The translations under genes and the position numbers were made by a program. DNA of 62,754 bases from a virus (Duplodnaviria; Caudoviricetes), in the IMG/VR virus record IMGVR_UViG_3300012936_000011, positions 1-62,754 of that record; one strand, given 5' to 3'. The notes beneath the pieces were generated by a model. The model did not search any database. It worked only from the letters and a program-made list of their open reading frames with translations, and was not told the DNA's origin. Of this stretch, positions 45,382-55,362 are shown piece by piece. The first letter of the stretch is position 1; each line of letters begins with the position of its first letter.

Positions 45382-46140
45382 ATGGCAAGTTTACAAACAC
45401 AAAAGCAAGAAATATTCGATTACGTAAGTGCTATGCTTGGCGGTGGTATGGTAGATGTGGAGTTAGATCCACAGCACTACGAAATAGCACTGAAATCAAG
45501 TTTAGACAAATTTCGTCAGAGAAGTGATAATTCAGTAGAAGAAAGTTATGCATTCTTAGAAACAGTAATTGATCAGAACGATTATACGCTGGATGAAAAT
45601 ATTGTTGAAGTAAGACAAATTTTTAGACGCTCAATAGGTTCACGTACAGGTGGAGGAGATGGCGGAACATTGTTTGAACCATTCAACCTTGCTTACACAA
45701 ACACTTATCTTTTATCAAGTTCTAACATGGGCGGACTTGCAACATACAATTTATTTGCAGGATACCAAGAACTTGTAGGACGTATGTTTGGATCATTTAT
45801 GGAATTTAAATGGAACACAACAACAAAGCAACTTACAATTCTACAACGTCCAAGAGCAGAAGAAAATCTACTTCTTTACGTATATAATCACAGACCAGAT
45901 TCAGAACTTTTCAAAGATTATCTTGCAAAACAATGGATCAAAGATTATACACTTGCAAAGTGTAAGTTTATGTTAGGCGAAGCACGTAGTAAATTTGCTA
46001 CTATTGCTGGCCCACAAGGTGGATCAACTCTTAATGGTGATGCACTAAAAGCAGAAGCAACCGCTGAAATGGACAAACTTGAAGAAGATCTTAAAATGCA
46101 AGTAGCAGGCGGTGTAGGCTACGGCTTTACAATTGGCTAA
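45382..46140 (+). CDS. gp13: Neck protein / head-tail adaptor (T4 gp13-like)
   Basis: LGG..VDVEL...H...A, W.KDY.LA..K..LG..R.KF..I.GP.GG..LNG..L..EA..E...LE. Confidence 0.85.
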   Translation: MASLQTQKQEIFDYVSAMLGGGMVDVELDPQHYEIALKSSLDKFRQRSDNSVEESYAFLETVIDQNDYTLDENIVEVRQIFRRSIGSRTGGGDGGTLFEPFNLAYTNTYLLSSSNMGGLATYNLFAGYQELVGRMFGSFMEFKWNTTTKQLTILQRPRAEENLLLYVYNHRPDSELFKDYLAKQWIKDYTLAKCKFMLGEARSKFATIAGPQGGSTLNGDALKAEATAEMDKLEEDLKMQVAGGVGYGFTIG

Positions 46141-46147
46141 AAATCAC

Positions 46148-46176
46148 TTGACATCACAGTAAAAAGATCATATACT
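46148..46176 (+). promoter_or_regulatory. Sigma70-type early/middle promoter
   Basis: TTGACA-17 nt-TATACT upstream of the dNMP kinase gene. Confidence 0.8.
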
Positions 46177-46202
46177 ATATACTTCAATTAAGGAATAGTA
46201 TT

Positions 46203-46814
46203 ATGGTAATAGGTATTTGTGGTTTAATCGGTAGTGGTAAAGACACTGTTGCACAATTTTTAATAAACAATCATAACTTTGTAAAAATTAGTTTTGCGGA
46301 TAAACTTAAAGACGCAGTTGCTACAATGTTTAATTGGAATAGAGAATTGCTTGATGGTAAAACTGATAAATCAAGAGCATGGCGTGAGCAAATAGATCCA
46401 TATTGGACAGCAGAAACTGGCAGAGAAATAACTCCAAGACTTGTATTACAAGAATTTGGAACAGAATGTATGCGTGAAGGCTTTTTTGATGGTATTTGGG
46501 TAAGCATTACTAAAAAGCATATAATTGACAATCCTAATACTAACTTTGTTATTCCTGATGTACGTTTTCCAAATGAAGCAAAAATGCTATATGAAATTGG
46601 AGGCGAAGTTTGGCGTGTAAAACGTGGGCAAGATCCAGTTTGGTTTAGAATATATCAAGATGTTGGTGTAGAACCTAAAGATGTACATTCAAGCGAATGG
46701 GCATGGGCTCATACAAAGTTTACAAATACAATCGAAAATAACGGAACACTTGAACAACTTAAAAATCAGGTTCAAGATCACCTTGTTTCCAACGGGCGCC
46801 TACTCGCTGGATAG
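46203..46814 (+). CDS. gp1: Deoxynucleoside monophosphate kinase (T4 gp1-like)
   Basis: IGICGLIGSGKDT P-loop, SFAD.LKD, TPR..LQ.FGTE, IPDVRFPNE, H.SE. Confidence 0.9.
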   Translation: MVIGICGLIGSGKDTVAQFLINNHNFVKISFADKLKDAVATMFNWNRELLDGKTDKSRAWREQIDPYWTAETGREITPRLVLQEFGTECMREGFFDGIWVSITKKHIIDNPNTNFVIPDVRFPNEAKMLYEIGGEVWRVKRGQDPVWFRIYQDVGVEPKDVHSSEWAWAHTKFTNTIENNGTLEQLKNQVQDHLVSNGRLLAG

Positions 46815-47097
46815 CAATTTGGCAATTAGCACATATAGTTTTTAAATTATTAGGGCGACAGTTCTGTAAATCCCCATCTATATGATACACCCGCAACTGT
46901 TCCTTGTATGATGCTTTAAAATTACATTTTTCACAATGATCTTTTTGTCTATATCCTGCCAAGTACCAACTTGGTTTACCTCGTTCTTTGCCTTTGTTAC
47001 GTAAGCAAGTGTCACACTGAGTCCTATAAAAGGTTTTATTACCTTTCTTATAATTAACCGCTACAGGGCGTTTACCGCATTTACATAAAGGACGCAT
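46759..47097 (-). CDS. HNH-like endonuclease with Zn-ribbon motifs
   Basis: CKC, CDTC, CEKC, L.VYHIDGD..N....NL.TICANC. Confidence 0.75.
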   Translation of the reverse strand: MRPLCKCGKRPVAVNYKKGNKTFYRTQCDTCLRNKGKERGKPSWYLAGYRQKDHCEKCNFKASYKEQLRVYHIDGDLQNCRPNNLKTICANCQIAIQRVGARWKQGDLEPDF

Positions 47098-47101
47098 ACT
47101 G

Positions 47102-47109
47102 TATTTACC
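47102..47109 (-). promoter_or_regulatory. Late promoter variant GGTAAATA (minus), leaderless HNH transcript
   Basis: TAAATA-CAGT-ATG on the minus strand. Confidence 0.45.
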
Positions 47110-47164
47110 ATACCTTTTTTTGCCCTTTTAACCTTATTATTTTGGTGTGAATATATTAGTTCTG

Positions 47165-47172
47165 TATAAATA
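47165..47172 (+). promoter_or_regulatory. T4-type late promoter TATAAATA
   Basis: Exact consensus upstream of the sheath gene; SD AGGAG follows. Confidence 0.8.
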
Positions 47173-47202
47173 CATATAATAAGTTCAACAGGAGAACACA
47201 AG

Positions 47203-50200
47203 ATGGCAAACTTAATATCACCAGGTGTACAAGTCAGCGTAATAGACGAAAGTTTTTACACACCCGCTGAACCAGGTACTACCCCAATGGTTTTTGTTGC
47301 TACTGCACAAGACAAAGCAAACGCAAGTGGCACAGGAACAGCAAGAGGAACTACAAAAGCAAACGCTGGCGTACCGTTCTTATTAACTTCACAAAGAGAT
47401 CTTTCAGAAACATTTGGAGATCCATTATTTTATACAGATTCAAACAACAATCCGATACACGGTGGCGAATTAAACGAATATGGTTTACAAGCGGCTTACA
47501 GTTACTTAGGTGTTAGTAACAGAGCATTCGTTGTTAGAGCGGATATTGACTTAGGCGAACTACAAGCAACTGCTAACGCACCAGCGGCGAATCCAGCAGA
47601 TGGCACATACTGGTTCGATACACAAGTTTCAAGAGTTGGTATTTTTGAATGGAACGGCAATGCTGTTACAGCAACAGGCGGACAAACATTCACTAACAAA
47701 ATTCCAACTGTAATTACAGATGCAACAAAATTAGTAGGCGGACAAGCAACTGGCGCACCAAAATCTTCTGTTGGCGCAGTAGGCGATTACGTCGTTGTTG
47801 CAACTACAACAATTAACAAAGTATTCTACAAGAATGCCTCAGGAACATGGGTCAAAGTAGGTACAGACGCTTGGGTTTCATCTTGGCCTACAGTAGTTGG
47901 TACTGCAAGTAATCCAACAGTAACTGGTGGACAAACTATAGTAATTAATAGTCAAACTATTACTTTCTCAGGTACTTCATTAGCAGACGTAGTAAGTGAT
48001 ATTACATCAGGCACACCAGCAGGTATTACAGCAGAAGCAGTAGACGCAAAATTACACATTAAGTCTACAGGTGCTCAAGTTGTTATTGCGGCAGGTACTG
48101 CAAACTTGGATGACTTAGGTTTAACAGCAGGAACTTTTAATGCTCCAGCATTAAGCGTTGGTCCACATACAAGTATTCCAGAGTTTAAATCAACAGACAC
48201 TAATCCAAGACCAACAGGTTCAATTTGGTTTAAAACTACAGATTCAAACTTAGGTGCTAAACTTTCAGTTAAAGAGTGGAACGCAGAAACTAACTTATGG
48301 GACAAGAAAAATGTTCCAATTTACGAAAACAATGCAACTGCACTGAAGAACTTAGATTCAACAGGCGGTGGTATTAACTTATCAGTTGATACTTACTATG
48401 CACAGTCAAACGTAACTGAAGCATCAGACAAAGAGTTTGATTTTAAAATATTCAAACGTGTTAACACAGGTGCAACTAATATTGTATCAGGAATAATTGG
48501 CTTAGGTACTATTGCAGGTGGTTCATACAATTTCACATTAAGTGAAAGTACTACAAACTCAGCAACAATGAGTGCACCAGTACAAGTTACATTTACAGCG
48601 GCAGGCGATGACACAGATGCTGACACTATTGCAGGTGCAATTAACAGTGCAGGCTTTACAAACATTGTAGCAAGTGTAGACGCAAGTAACAGAATTGTAA
48701 TTTCACACAATGACGGTGGAGAAATTAGAATTGTTGATACAAGTGGAGCACTTACATTAGCAGGTTACACTCCTTACGTAGATGCTAACACTGGTACAGG
48801 TAACTTATACTTTGTTCCAGGAACAGACAATAACACTAATCCTAAACAGTATATGGCTTCAAATTGGCAAGTACTATCATACACTGCAAGTGACGATGCA
48901 CCAAGTGCATTAGCATTAGACGGTCAACTATGGTACAATTCAATTGTTGACGAGTGTGATATTTTAATTCACAACGGTACTGACTTTGTAGGTTATCAAA
49001 ACTATGTATCAGGAAGTGTAAACTTTAGCAATACAGATCCAAATGGTCCAATTGTTTCAGCAACTGAGCCAACTGTACAATCAGATGGCACAGGACTTGT
49101 AACAGGTGATCTTTGGGTTTCAACAGCAGACTTAGAGAACTATCCAGCAATTTATCAATACAACGATACTACAAAAGAATGGGTATTAAGAGATAGTTCA
49201 GATCAATCAACAGACAATGGTGTATTGTTTGCAGATGCAAGATACAATACAGCAGGTGCTAATAGCGGTACAGCAGGTTCAATCAAAGACTTACTTGCAA
49301 GTAACTATAAAGACCCGGATGCTCCAGATCCAGCATTATATCCAAAAGGTATGTTGCTATGGAACTTAAGACGTTCTGGCTTTAATGTTAAGAAATTTGT
49401 ACGTAACTATGTTAACCTTGCAAATGACAACATCAGAAACGGTGACGAGTCAATGGCGGCATACTATCCACACAGATGGGTAACTGAAAGTGCTAACCAA
49501 GAAGACGGTTCAGGTACATTCGGTCGTAAGGCTCAGCGTAAAGTTGTTGTACAGGCTTTACAAGCATTAATGAATAGCAACCAAGACATTAGAGATAATG
49601 AATCAAGAATCTTTAACTTACTTGCTACACCAGGTTATCCAGAACTAATTGGAGAAATGGTATCCTTGAACAATGATAGAGGCTTAACAGCATTTATCGT
49701 TGGTGATAGTCCAATGAGATTAGCAAGTGATGCTACAGGAATCAATAACTGGGCAACAAACGTAAACGGTGCAGTAGAAGATAATGATAACGGCTTGGTA
49801 ACAGCAGATGAATACTTGGGTGTGTTTTATCCACAATTATTCACAAGTGATAACGCAGGTAACAATGTAGTTGTTCCAGCATCACATGGTATACTTAGAA
49901 CGATTGCATTAAGTGATCAAGTATCGTTTCCATGGTTTGCTCCAGCAGGTACAAGACGTGGTGGTATTACTAACGCTTCAAGTGCAGGCTTCATTAACGC
50001 AGAAGGCGAATTTAAAACTGTAGCACTTAACGAAGGTCAAAGAGACACATTATACAGCAACAAAGTAAATCCGATTACGTTTTTAACTGGTGCTGGACTT
50101 GTAAACTTTGGTCAAAAAACAAGAGCGAAAAACGCAAGTTCTTTAGATAGAATTAACGTTGCAAGATTGGTGATTTACTTAAGATCACAATTAAACAAAC

Positions 50201-50463
50201 TTGCTAAACCTTATATCTTTGAACCAAATGACAAGATCACAAGAGATGAGATTAAACAACAAGCAGATAGTTTAATGTTAGAACTTGTTGGTCAAAGAGC
50301 GTTATATGATTTCTTAGTAGTGTGTGATGAATCAAACAACACACCTTCAAGAATTGATAGAAACGAGTTATACGTAGACATAGCGATTGAACCAGTGAAA
50401 GCAGTAGAATTTATTTACATTCCACTAAGACTTAAAAACACTGGAGAAATAGCGGGCCTATAA
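47203..50463 (+). CDS. gp18: Contractile tail sheath protein (enlarged)
   Basis: LISPGVQVSVIDES, PWFAPAGTRRG, RDTLY.NKVNPI, GQKT...S.LDRINVARL, FEPND..TR, VCDESNNTP..IDRNEL.VDI.IEPVKAVEFIYI. Confidence 0.95.
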   Translation: MANLISPGVQVSVIDESFYTPAEPGTTPMVFVATAQDKANASGTGTARGTTKANAGVPFLLTSQRDLSETFGDPLFYTDSNNNPIHGGELNEYGLQAAYSYLGVSNRAFVVRADIDLGELQATANAPAANPADGTYWFDTQVSRVGIFEWNGNAVTATGGQTFTNKIPTVITDATKLVGGQATGAPKSSVGAVGDYVVVATTTINKVFYKNASGTWVKVGTDAWVSSWPTVVGTASNPTVTGGQTIVINSQTITFSGTSLADVVSDITSGTPAGITAEAVDAKLHIKSTGAQVVIAAGTANLDDLGLTAGTFNAPALSVGPHTSIPEFKSTDTNPRPTGSIWFKTTDSNLGAKLSVKEWNAETNLWDKKNVPIYENNATALKNLDSTGGGINLSVDTYYAQSNVTEASDKEFDFKIFKRVNTGATNIVSGIIGLGTIAGGSYNFTLSESTTNSATMSAPVQVTFTAAGDDTDADTIAGAINSAGFTNIVASVDASNRIVISHNDGGEIRIVDTSGALTLAGYTPYVDANTGTGNLYFVPGTDNNTNPKQYMASNWQVLSYTASDDAPSALALDGQLWYNSIVDECDILIHNGTDFVGYQNYVSGSVNFSNTDPNGPIVSATEPTVQSDGTGLVTGDLWVSTADLENYPAIYQYNDTTKEWVLRDSSDQSTDNGVLFADARYNTAGANSGTAGSIKDLLASNYKDPDAPDPALYPKGMLLWNLRRSGFNVKKFVRNYVNLANDNIRNGDESMAAYYPHRWVTESANQEDGSGTFGRKAQRKVVVQALQALMNSNQDIRDNESRIFNLLATPGYPELIGEMVSLNNDRGLTAFIVGDSPMRLASDATGINNWATNVNGAVEDNDNGLVTADEYLGVFYPQLFTSDNAGNNVVVPASHGILRTIALSDQVSFPWFAPAGTRRGGITNASSAGFINAEGEFKTVALNEGQRDTLYSNKVNPITFLTGAGLVNFGQKTRAKNASSLDRINVARLVIYLRSQLNKLAKPYIFEPNDKITRDEIKQQADSLMLELVGQRALYDFLVVCDESNNTPSRIDRNELYVDIAIEPVKAVEFIYIPLRLKNTGEIAGL

Positions 50464-50466
50464 TAT

Positions 50467-50474
50467 GATAAATA
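50467..50474 (+). promoter_or_regulatory. Late promoter GATAAATA
   Basis: Between the sheath and tube genes; SD AGGAG follows. Confidence 0.65.
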
Positions 50475-50493
50475 AAAGTAATAGGAGCACATA

Positions 50494-51123
50494 ATGGCAA
50501 TTTCATCACTCTCAAGATTAACAGTGCCTTTGGACAGCAACGCAAGTGCAAGTTCACAAGGTTTGTTAATGCCAAAACTGCAATACCGCTTTAGGGTATC
50601 GCTGGAAAATTTTGGTGTATCAACACCAACTACTGAACTAACAAAACAAGTAGTTGACGTAACCAGACCCAATGTAACATTTGAACAAATTACTCTTGAT
50701 GTTTACAACTCAAAAGTATATTTGGCAGGTAAACATACTTGGGAACCAATCACACTTAACTTACGTGAAGACGTATCCAACAATGTACAAAAACTTGTTG
50801 GCGAACAGTTACAGAAACAGTTCGACTTCTTCGAACAGTCAAGTGCGGCAAGTGGCGCGGACTACAAATTCGTTACAAGAATCGAAATTTTAGACGGTGG
50901 TAACGGAAATAACACAGCAGGTGTATTAGAGACTTTTGAATTGTACGGTTGTTATCTTGAGAGTGCAAACTACAATACATTAGCATATGCAACATCAGAT
51001 GCTGTTACTGTTAACCTCAACATTAGATACGACAACGCAATTCAAACACCACAAGGAACAGGAATTGGTACTGCTGTAGGCAGAACTGTAAACACTCTTG
51101 TAACTGGTGGCGGTGCTGTATAA
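50494..51123 (+). CDS. gp19: Tail tube protein
   Basis: Follows the sheath gene; PKLQYRFRV, RP.V.FE, YLAGKHTWEPIT, L.GC......Y..L.Y, L.IRYDNA. Confidence 0.85.
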   Translation: MAISSLSRLTVPLDSNASASSQGLLMPKLQYRFRVSLENFGVSTPTTELTKQVVDVTRPNVTFEQITLDVYNSKVYLAGKHTWEPITLNLREDVSNNVQKLVGEQLQKQFDFFEQSSAASGADYKFVTRIEILDGGNGNNTAGVLETFELYGCYLESANYNTLAYATSDAVTVNLNIRYDNAIQTPQGTGIGTAVGRTVNTLVTGGGAV

Positions 51124-51148
51124 CAATTAGTTTAGTTTATAAACATGG

Positions 51149-51172
51149 AAAAGGCGCTTCGGCGCCTTTTTT
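51149..51172 (+). terminator. Rho-independent terminator with a C(UUCG)G tetraloop
   Basis: AAAAGGCGC-TTCG-GCGCCTTTTTT. Confidence 0.9.
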
Positions 51173-51196
51173 ATTATCTACCCATATATTAATATA

Positions 51197-51204
51197 GATA
51201 AATA
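51197..51204 (+). promoter_or_regulatory. Late promoter GATAAATA, leaderless
   Basis: GATAAATA-TTAGT-ATG(51210); no SD. Confidence 0.65.
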
Positions 51205-51209
51205 TTAGT

Positions 51210-52568
51210 ATGGCAAATAAGTTAACTCCATTCCTTAATAATTTAGTACAAGGTGCTTTGAATCCTAAAGGCAACCTTGGTGATTACCAACACGCGGCAC
51301 GTTTATATGTAGATGACGCATTTAAGTATGCACCAAAGGTAAAGTTTCTTTATCATGTTGCATTTAATATAAATCCAAACGCGGCGGCAGTAATACCACA
51401 ACTTACAACCAAGCATCAAAACACAATCAATATGCTTGTTAAAAGTGTTGACTTACCTAAGTATGATATTACAACAGAAGTCAAACACGCATACAATAGA
51501 AAAAGATTGTTACAAAAACGTATTGACTACAGTCCATGTAATATTACTTTCCATGATGACAACTATGGTGTAACAACTGCGATGTGGGAAGCATACTATA
51601 GATATTATTACAGAGATGGAAACTATGCAAGTGTTGACCAAGCAGGTTCACCTAATCCCAGTGAAGTGAAACCTTATAACAGAGCAAACATATATGGTAA
51701 AGATGAACAAAACAAAAACAGATATGGTTTTGACAATGACAGTTACGAACCATTCTTTAATAACATTATCATTTATCAAATGTCAAGAAAACGTTACACT
51801 GCTTACACACTTGTAAATCCTTTGATACAAAGTTGGCAACATGATACAATGGATCAAGCGACAAGTGAAGTTGTACAAAGTACAATGCAAGTTGGTTTCG
51901 AAACTGTGTTCTATTCAAGAGGACCAGTTACAGAAGGTTCAGCACCAAAAGGATTTGCAACAGAACATTATGATAAAACACCAAGTCCATTATCATTAGG
52001 TGGTGGAGGAACATCAAGTTTATTTGGTGTTGGCGGTGTTGCTTCAGGAGCCGCAGATGTGTTTGGTGATATTACAAGCGGTAATGCATTTAAATCTCCA
52101 GGAGCATTGTTAGGTACAGTTTTAAAAGCGGCCAACACAGCAACAAATGCAAAAAGTTTAAGTTCAGCAGGTTTAAGACAAGAAGGCTTTGGAATAGTCA
52201 AAGGTGCTTTAGGAGATGTAGGAGGACTTAATGTTGGCGGAGTAGCAAATAGTTTGTTTCCTAAGAATGGAGGCAACGGCGGATTAAGTAGTATTACAAA
52301 AGCAGTAGCAGGTGTTAGTGCTGTAGCAACTGTACAAAAATTAGCAAACAGCACAAGTGTTTCAGATGTTAGAAAAACATTAGAGAATGATCAAGACGCA
52401 TTAGATTCACTTACAAAATCAACAACGTTTAAAAAAGATCATTTAACATCAGGCGGTGATGCAAGTGTTAATGCAATTAACCAAGCCTGGGATAATGCAA
52501 GTTCTGCGGCTAAGGCGGCGGCTAATAGTAAAACATTAGATGACTTGCCAAACATATTGAGTACATAA
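51210..52568 (+). CDS. Tail-tube-fold protein (baseplate-tube junction, gp48/gp54-like) with a Gly-rich tail
   Basis: VKSVDLPK......YNRKR.....I.Y.P..ITFHDD, L.NP.I....HD..D; adjacent to the tube gene. Confidence 0.6.
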   Translation: MANKLTPFLNNLVQGALNPKGNLGDYQHAARLYVDDAFKYAPKVKFLYHVAFNINPNAAAVIPQLTTKHQNTINMLVKSVDLPKYDITTEVKHAYNRKRLLQKRIDYSPCNITFHDDNYGVTTAMWEAYYRYYYRDGNYASVDQAGSPNPSEVKPYNRANIYGKDEQNKNRYGFDNDSYEPFFNNIIIYQMSRKRYTAYTLVNPLIQSWQHDTMDQATSEVVQSTMQVGFETVFYSRGPVTEGSAPKGFATEHYDKTPSPLSLGGGGTSSLFGVGGVASGAADVFGDITSGNAFKSPGALLGTVLKAANTATNAKSLSSAGLRQEGFGIVKGALGDVGGLNVGGVANSLFPKNGGNGGLSSITKAVAGVSAVATVQKLANSTSVSDVRKTLENDQDALDSLTKSTTFKKDHLTSGGDASVNAINQAWDNASSAAKAAANSKTLDDLPNILST

Positions 52569-52569
52569 C

Positions 52570-52935
52570 ATGAGTAATATTCCATCAGTATCAGCAGGCG
52601 ATAGCACACAAGAAGTAAAAGAATTTTTTGATCAATATTTTACAAAAAAAATTAGTTTTCCTTCTAACCAAGTAGATGCTGTTGTTGGCTTTTTTGAATC
52701 AAGAGGCTTTGCAAGAAGTTCTGCAATAAGTGTAGGAACTGTTTTAATGCAACAAGCAAGATTAGATGACGTAAATGTTTTTCAATTGCTTGACACGTTA
52801 AAGAAACAAGACAACATTCAGTTAAGTAATGTTGTAACAGAAGTTTTAAATTATAATAGACAAAAAATATCTACATTAGGTTACAAAGTTTCAAACACAG
52901 AGAATAGAATAGAAGCAAGAAACATAGAGGTGTAA
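52570..52935 (+). CDS. Hypothetical protein
   Basis: 121-aa ORF tightly packed in the operon. Confidence 0.6.
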   Translation: MSNIPSVSAGDSTQEVKEFFDQYFTKKISFPSNQVDAVVGFFESRGFARSSAISVGTVLMQQARLDDVNVFQLLDTLKKQDNIQLSNVVTEVLNYNRQKISTLGYKVSNTENRIEARNIEV

Positions 52936-52936
52936 C

Positions 52937-53374
52937 ATGGCCAAGTTTGCCCAAGGACGTTACAATCTTAAACATCCTGACAAATATATAGGAAGAAAAA
53001 CTCCACTGTATAGAAGCAGTTGGGAATTTGCTTTCATGAAATTTTGTGATGAAAATCCTAATGTTGCAAAGTGGGCCAGTGAATCTGTAAAGATTCCTTA
53101 TAGAAATCCTTTAACAGGAAAAGCAACTGTATATGTTCCTGATTTTTTCATTTCATATGCTGATAGAAACGGTAAACAACGAGCAGAACTAATAGAAGTA
53201 AAACCAGATAACCAAACTACATTAGAGAGTGCAGGTCGTAACAAATATAAACAAGCACAAGTAGTACTGAATATGGCAAAATGGGAGGCCGCAAAGAAGT
53301 GGTGTAAAGACAAAGGCCTATATTTTAGGGTGGTTACAGAGAAAGACATTTTTCATTCCGGCAAAAGAAAATAA
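52937..53374 (+). CDS. gp4: Head completion nuclease (T4 gp4 / TnsA-like)
   Basis: KY.G....YRSSWE..FM.FCD.NP.V..W.SE...IPY..P......Y.PDF...ELIEVKP..QT...N.AKWEAA..WC. Confidence 0.9.
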   Translation: MAKFAQGRYNLKHPDKYIGRKTPLYRSSWEFAFMKFCDENPNVAKWASESVKIPYRNPLTGKATVYVPDFFISYADRNGKQRAELIEVKPDNQTTLESAGRNKYKQAQVVLNMAKWEAAKKWCKDKGLYFRVVTEKDIFHSGKRK

Positions 53375-53382
53375 GATAAATA
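53375..53382 (+). promoter_or_regulatory. Late promoter GATAAATA
   Basis: Intergenic, before 53408. Confidence 0.6.
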
Positions 53383-53407
53383 ATATTAGCAGTTAATAGA
53401 GATATAC

Positions 53408-53905
53408 ATGACTAAGAAATTAGAAGAATTACTGAATATGCCAGAGAGTCAAGAGATTATCGAAGCAGAGAAAAAAGACTCTAAAAAAGAGGCTAAAAAA
53501 TCTGCTATTGTAGAACAAGAAGAAACTTCACGTAATATAGCAGAACTTGATAAGATTACAGCCGCTTTACCACAAGTAAAAGGCTTGGGTGAAATGGCAG
53601 ATAAAGAACTTAATGAAGTATCAGATAAAGCAATGCAGGCTTATGAAGATTTAATGGATTTAGGTATGAATGTAGAATCGCGTTACAGTGGTAGAATATT
53701 TGAAGTAGCAGGTAATATGCTAAAAACTAATTTAGATGCCAAAACTGCTAAATTGGATAAGAAATTAAAGATGGTAGAACTGCAACTTAAGAAAGAAAAA
53801 GCAGATAAAGACGCAGGAAACGATGATAATGTAATGTCTGGGGACGGATATGTTGTTACAGATCGTAATAGTTTACTTGAAAAATTGAAAAACATGGATA
53901 AATAA
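53408..53905 (+). CDS. gp16: Terminase small subunit (T4 gp16-like)
   Basis: Helical protein with RIFEVAGNMLK resembling the gp16 R.YEVA...IK motif; lies upstream of the large terminase. Confidence 0.6.
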   Translation: MTKKLEELLNMPESQEIIEAEKKDSKKEAKKSAIVEQEETSRNIAELDKITAALPQVKGLGEMADKELNEVSDKAMQAYEDLMDLGMNVESRYSGRIFEVAGNMLKTNLDAKTAKLDKKLKMVELQLKKEKADKDAGNDDNVMSGDGYVVTDRNSLLEKLKNMDK

Positions 53906-53915
53906 GTACAGTAGG

Positions 53916-54491
53916 ATGAGTAATATGAAATTTAACGAATATTTAACTGAAGCATATAACAACAAGCAATACGAATTTAAGATTGGTGTTGCTGGCGATA
54001 ATGAAGGTCTTGCAGATAAGATGGAAACTGCTCTAAGAAAGTTTGGATTAGTAAATCTTACTCCTGGTAAAAAGACACCTATTCAAGAACGCCCACTGGA
54101 TTTTCCACAGTTACAAAATATGGAAGTAACTTATTACGAAGCAACGATTACATATCCTACACACGCAGAATCATTGCAGGAATATTTAGGTTATAACATA
54201 GGAAAATCACAATCACACATTATGGTACGTAACATGAACGCTCCGCAAGAAGCATATCAAGAAGTAAAAGACAATGCACCATATGATATCAAACTTACAA
54301 AAGAAGATATGGGTGGTGAGTCTGCACAGAAAGATGTTGCGGGAACAAGAGTTATGGACCTTCTTAAAGAATTAGAATCTGTACGTAGTGAGCGTACTAA
54401 CAGTCCAGTAGAGAGTGTTAAAGCAGATGCTGAACAAAAGCAAATGGATGCTACTGCTGAAATAGGAACAAAAAGTCCAATAGGGAGTTAA
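53916..54491 (+). CDS. Hypothetical late protein
   Basis: 191 aa; late promoter GATAAATA at 53897-53904. The true start may be the ATG at 53925. Confidence 0.6.
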   Translation: MSNMKFNEYLTEAYNNKQYEFKIGVAGDNEGLADKMETALRKFGLVNLTPGKKTPIQERPLDFPQLQNMEVTYYEATITYPTHAESLQEYLGYNIGKSQSHIMVRNMNAPQEAYQEVKDNAPYDIKLTKEDMGGESAQKDVAGTRVMDLLKELESVRSERTNSPVESVKADAEQKQMDATAEIGTKSPIGS

Positions 54492-54493
54492 TT

Positions 54494-55321
54494 ATGAAAT
54501 TAGAAGAAATCTACAAAAAAATAGAGGCGTTGGACGAAGCATTAAAAGAAACGGCATCAGCGTCTATTAACATGAGCGGTGACACTGCTGAAGACGTAAT
54601 GAAGTTGATGAATGCATTAAAAGGCGAGAGCCCTGCAAAAGATATTGCAGACATTCCTACAACAATCAAAAAACTTGAACCAATGGATAAACCAATGGGA
54701 CCTCCAATGGATCCACATGATAACATGGTATCAATGATGGATATTGTTAAAGACAAACCGGAGCCAATGGATATGCCAATGCCAGGCTGTGAAGACGAAG
54801 TTGCTCAAGAAGCAGACTACGAAAACGAGCCAGATGAAAAATATCAAGACCAACACTACATGACTAAAGATTTATCAGGTGGTAGTGAAATGGGTCAAAA
54901 GAAATCATTTCCAAAAGTTGCAGGCGGAGATAATCCAATGGCACTTGAAGATGAAATTAAAGCAGAACTTTCAAGCAAGTTAGCAGAATTCATGAAAGAA
55001 GCAGTTTGCGATAAATGTGATGACGATGACTGTGAAGGTGACTGCGATGAAGATAGAGCAGATGAAGGCAAAATGCCAGCGGGATTAAAAGCATATCACG
55101 ATAAGAAAAAAGGCAAAAAGTCTGACGATAAAGAAGACAAAGAAAAAACAAACGAAGCAAAAAAAGACGACAAGGGTAAAAAAGTACAATTACCAAGCGG
55201 TAAAGAAATGAAAAAATGCAAAGACGACGGAATGTCTAAAGCAGAAATCATGAAGAAATATACAGAGATGGGTTGTGAAGGAAAACAACTTGAAAAACTG
55301 TATGCCGCTCATTGTATGTAG
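54494..55321 (+). CDS. Highly charged low-complexity protein, possibly an internal head protein
   Basis: 275 aa, D/E/K/M-rich, late operon, followed by a terminator. Confidence 0.55.
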   Translation: MKLEEIYKKIEALDEALKETASASINMSGDTAEDVMKLMNALKGESPAKDIADIPTTIKKLEPMDKPMGPPMDPHDNMVSMMDIVKDKPEPMDMPMPGCEDEVAQEADYENEPDEKYQDQHYMTKDLSGGSEMGQKKSFPKVAGGDNPMALEDEIKAELSSKLAEFMKEAVCDKCDDDDCEGDCDEDRADEGKMPAGLKAYHDKKKGKKSDDKEDKEKTNEAKKDDKGKKVQLPSGKEMKKCKDDGMSKAEIMKKYTEMGCEGKQLEKLYAAHCM

Positions 55322-55362
55322 GCTTCTACTATCCAAAACAATACTTTAATCAAGTACAACTC

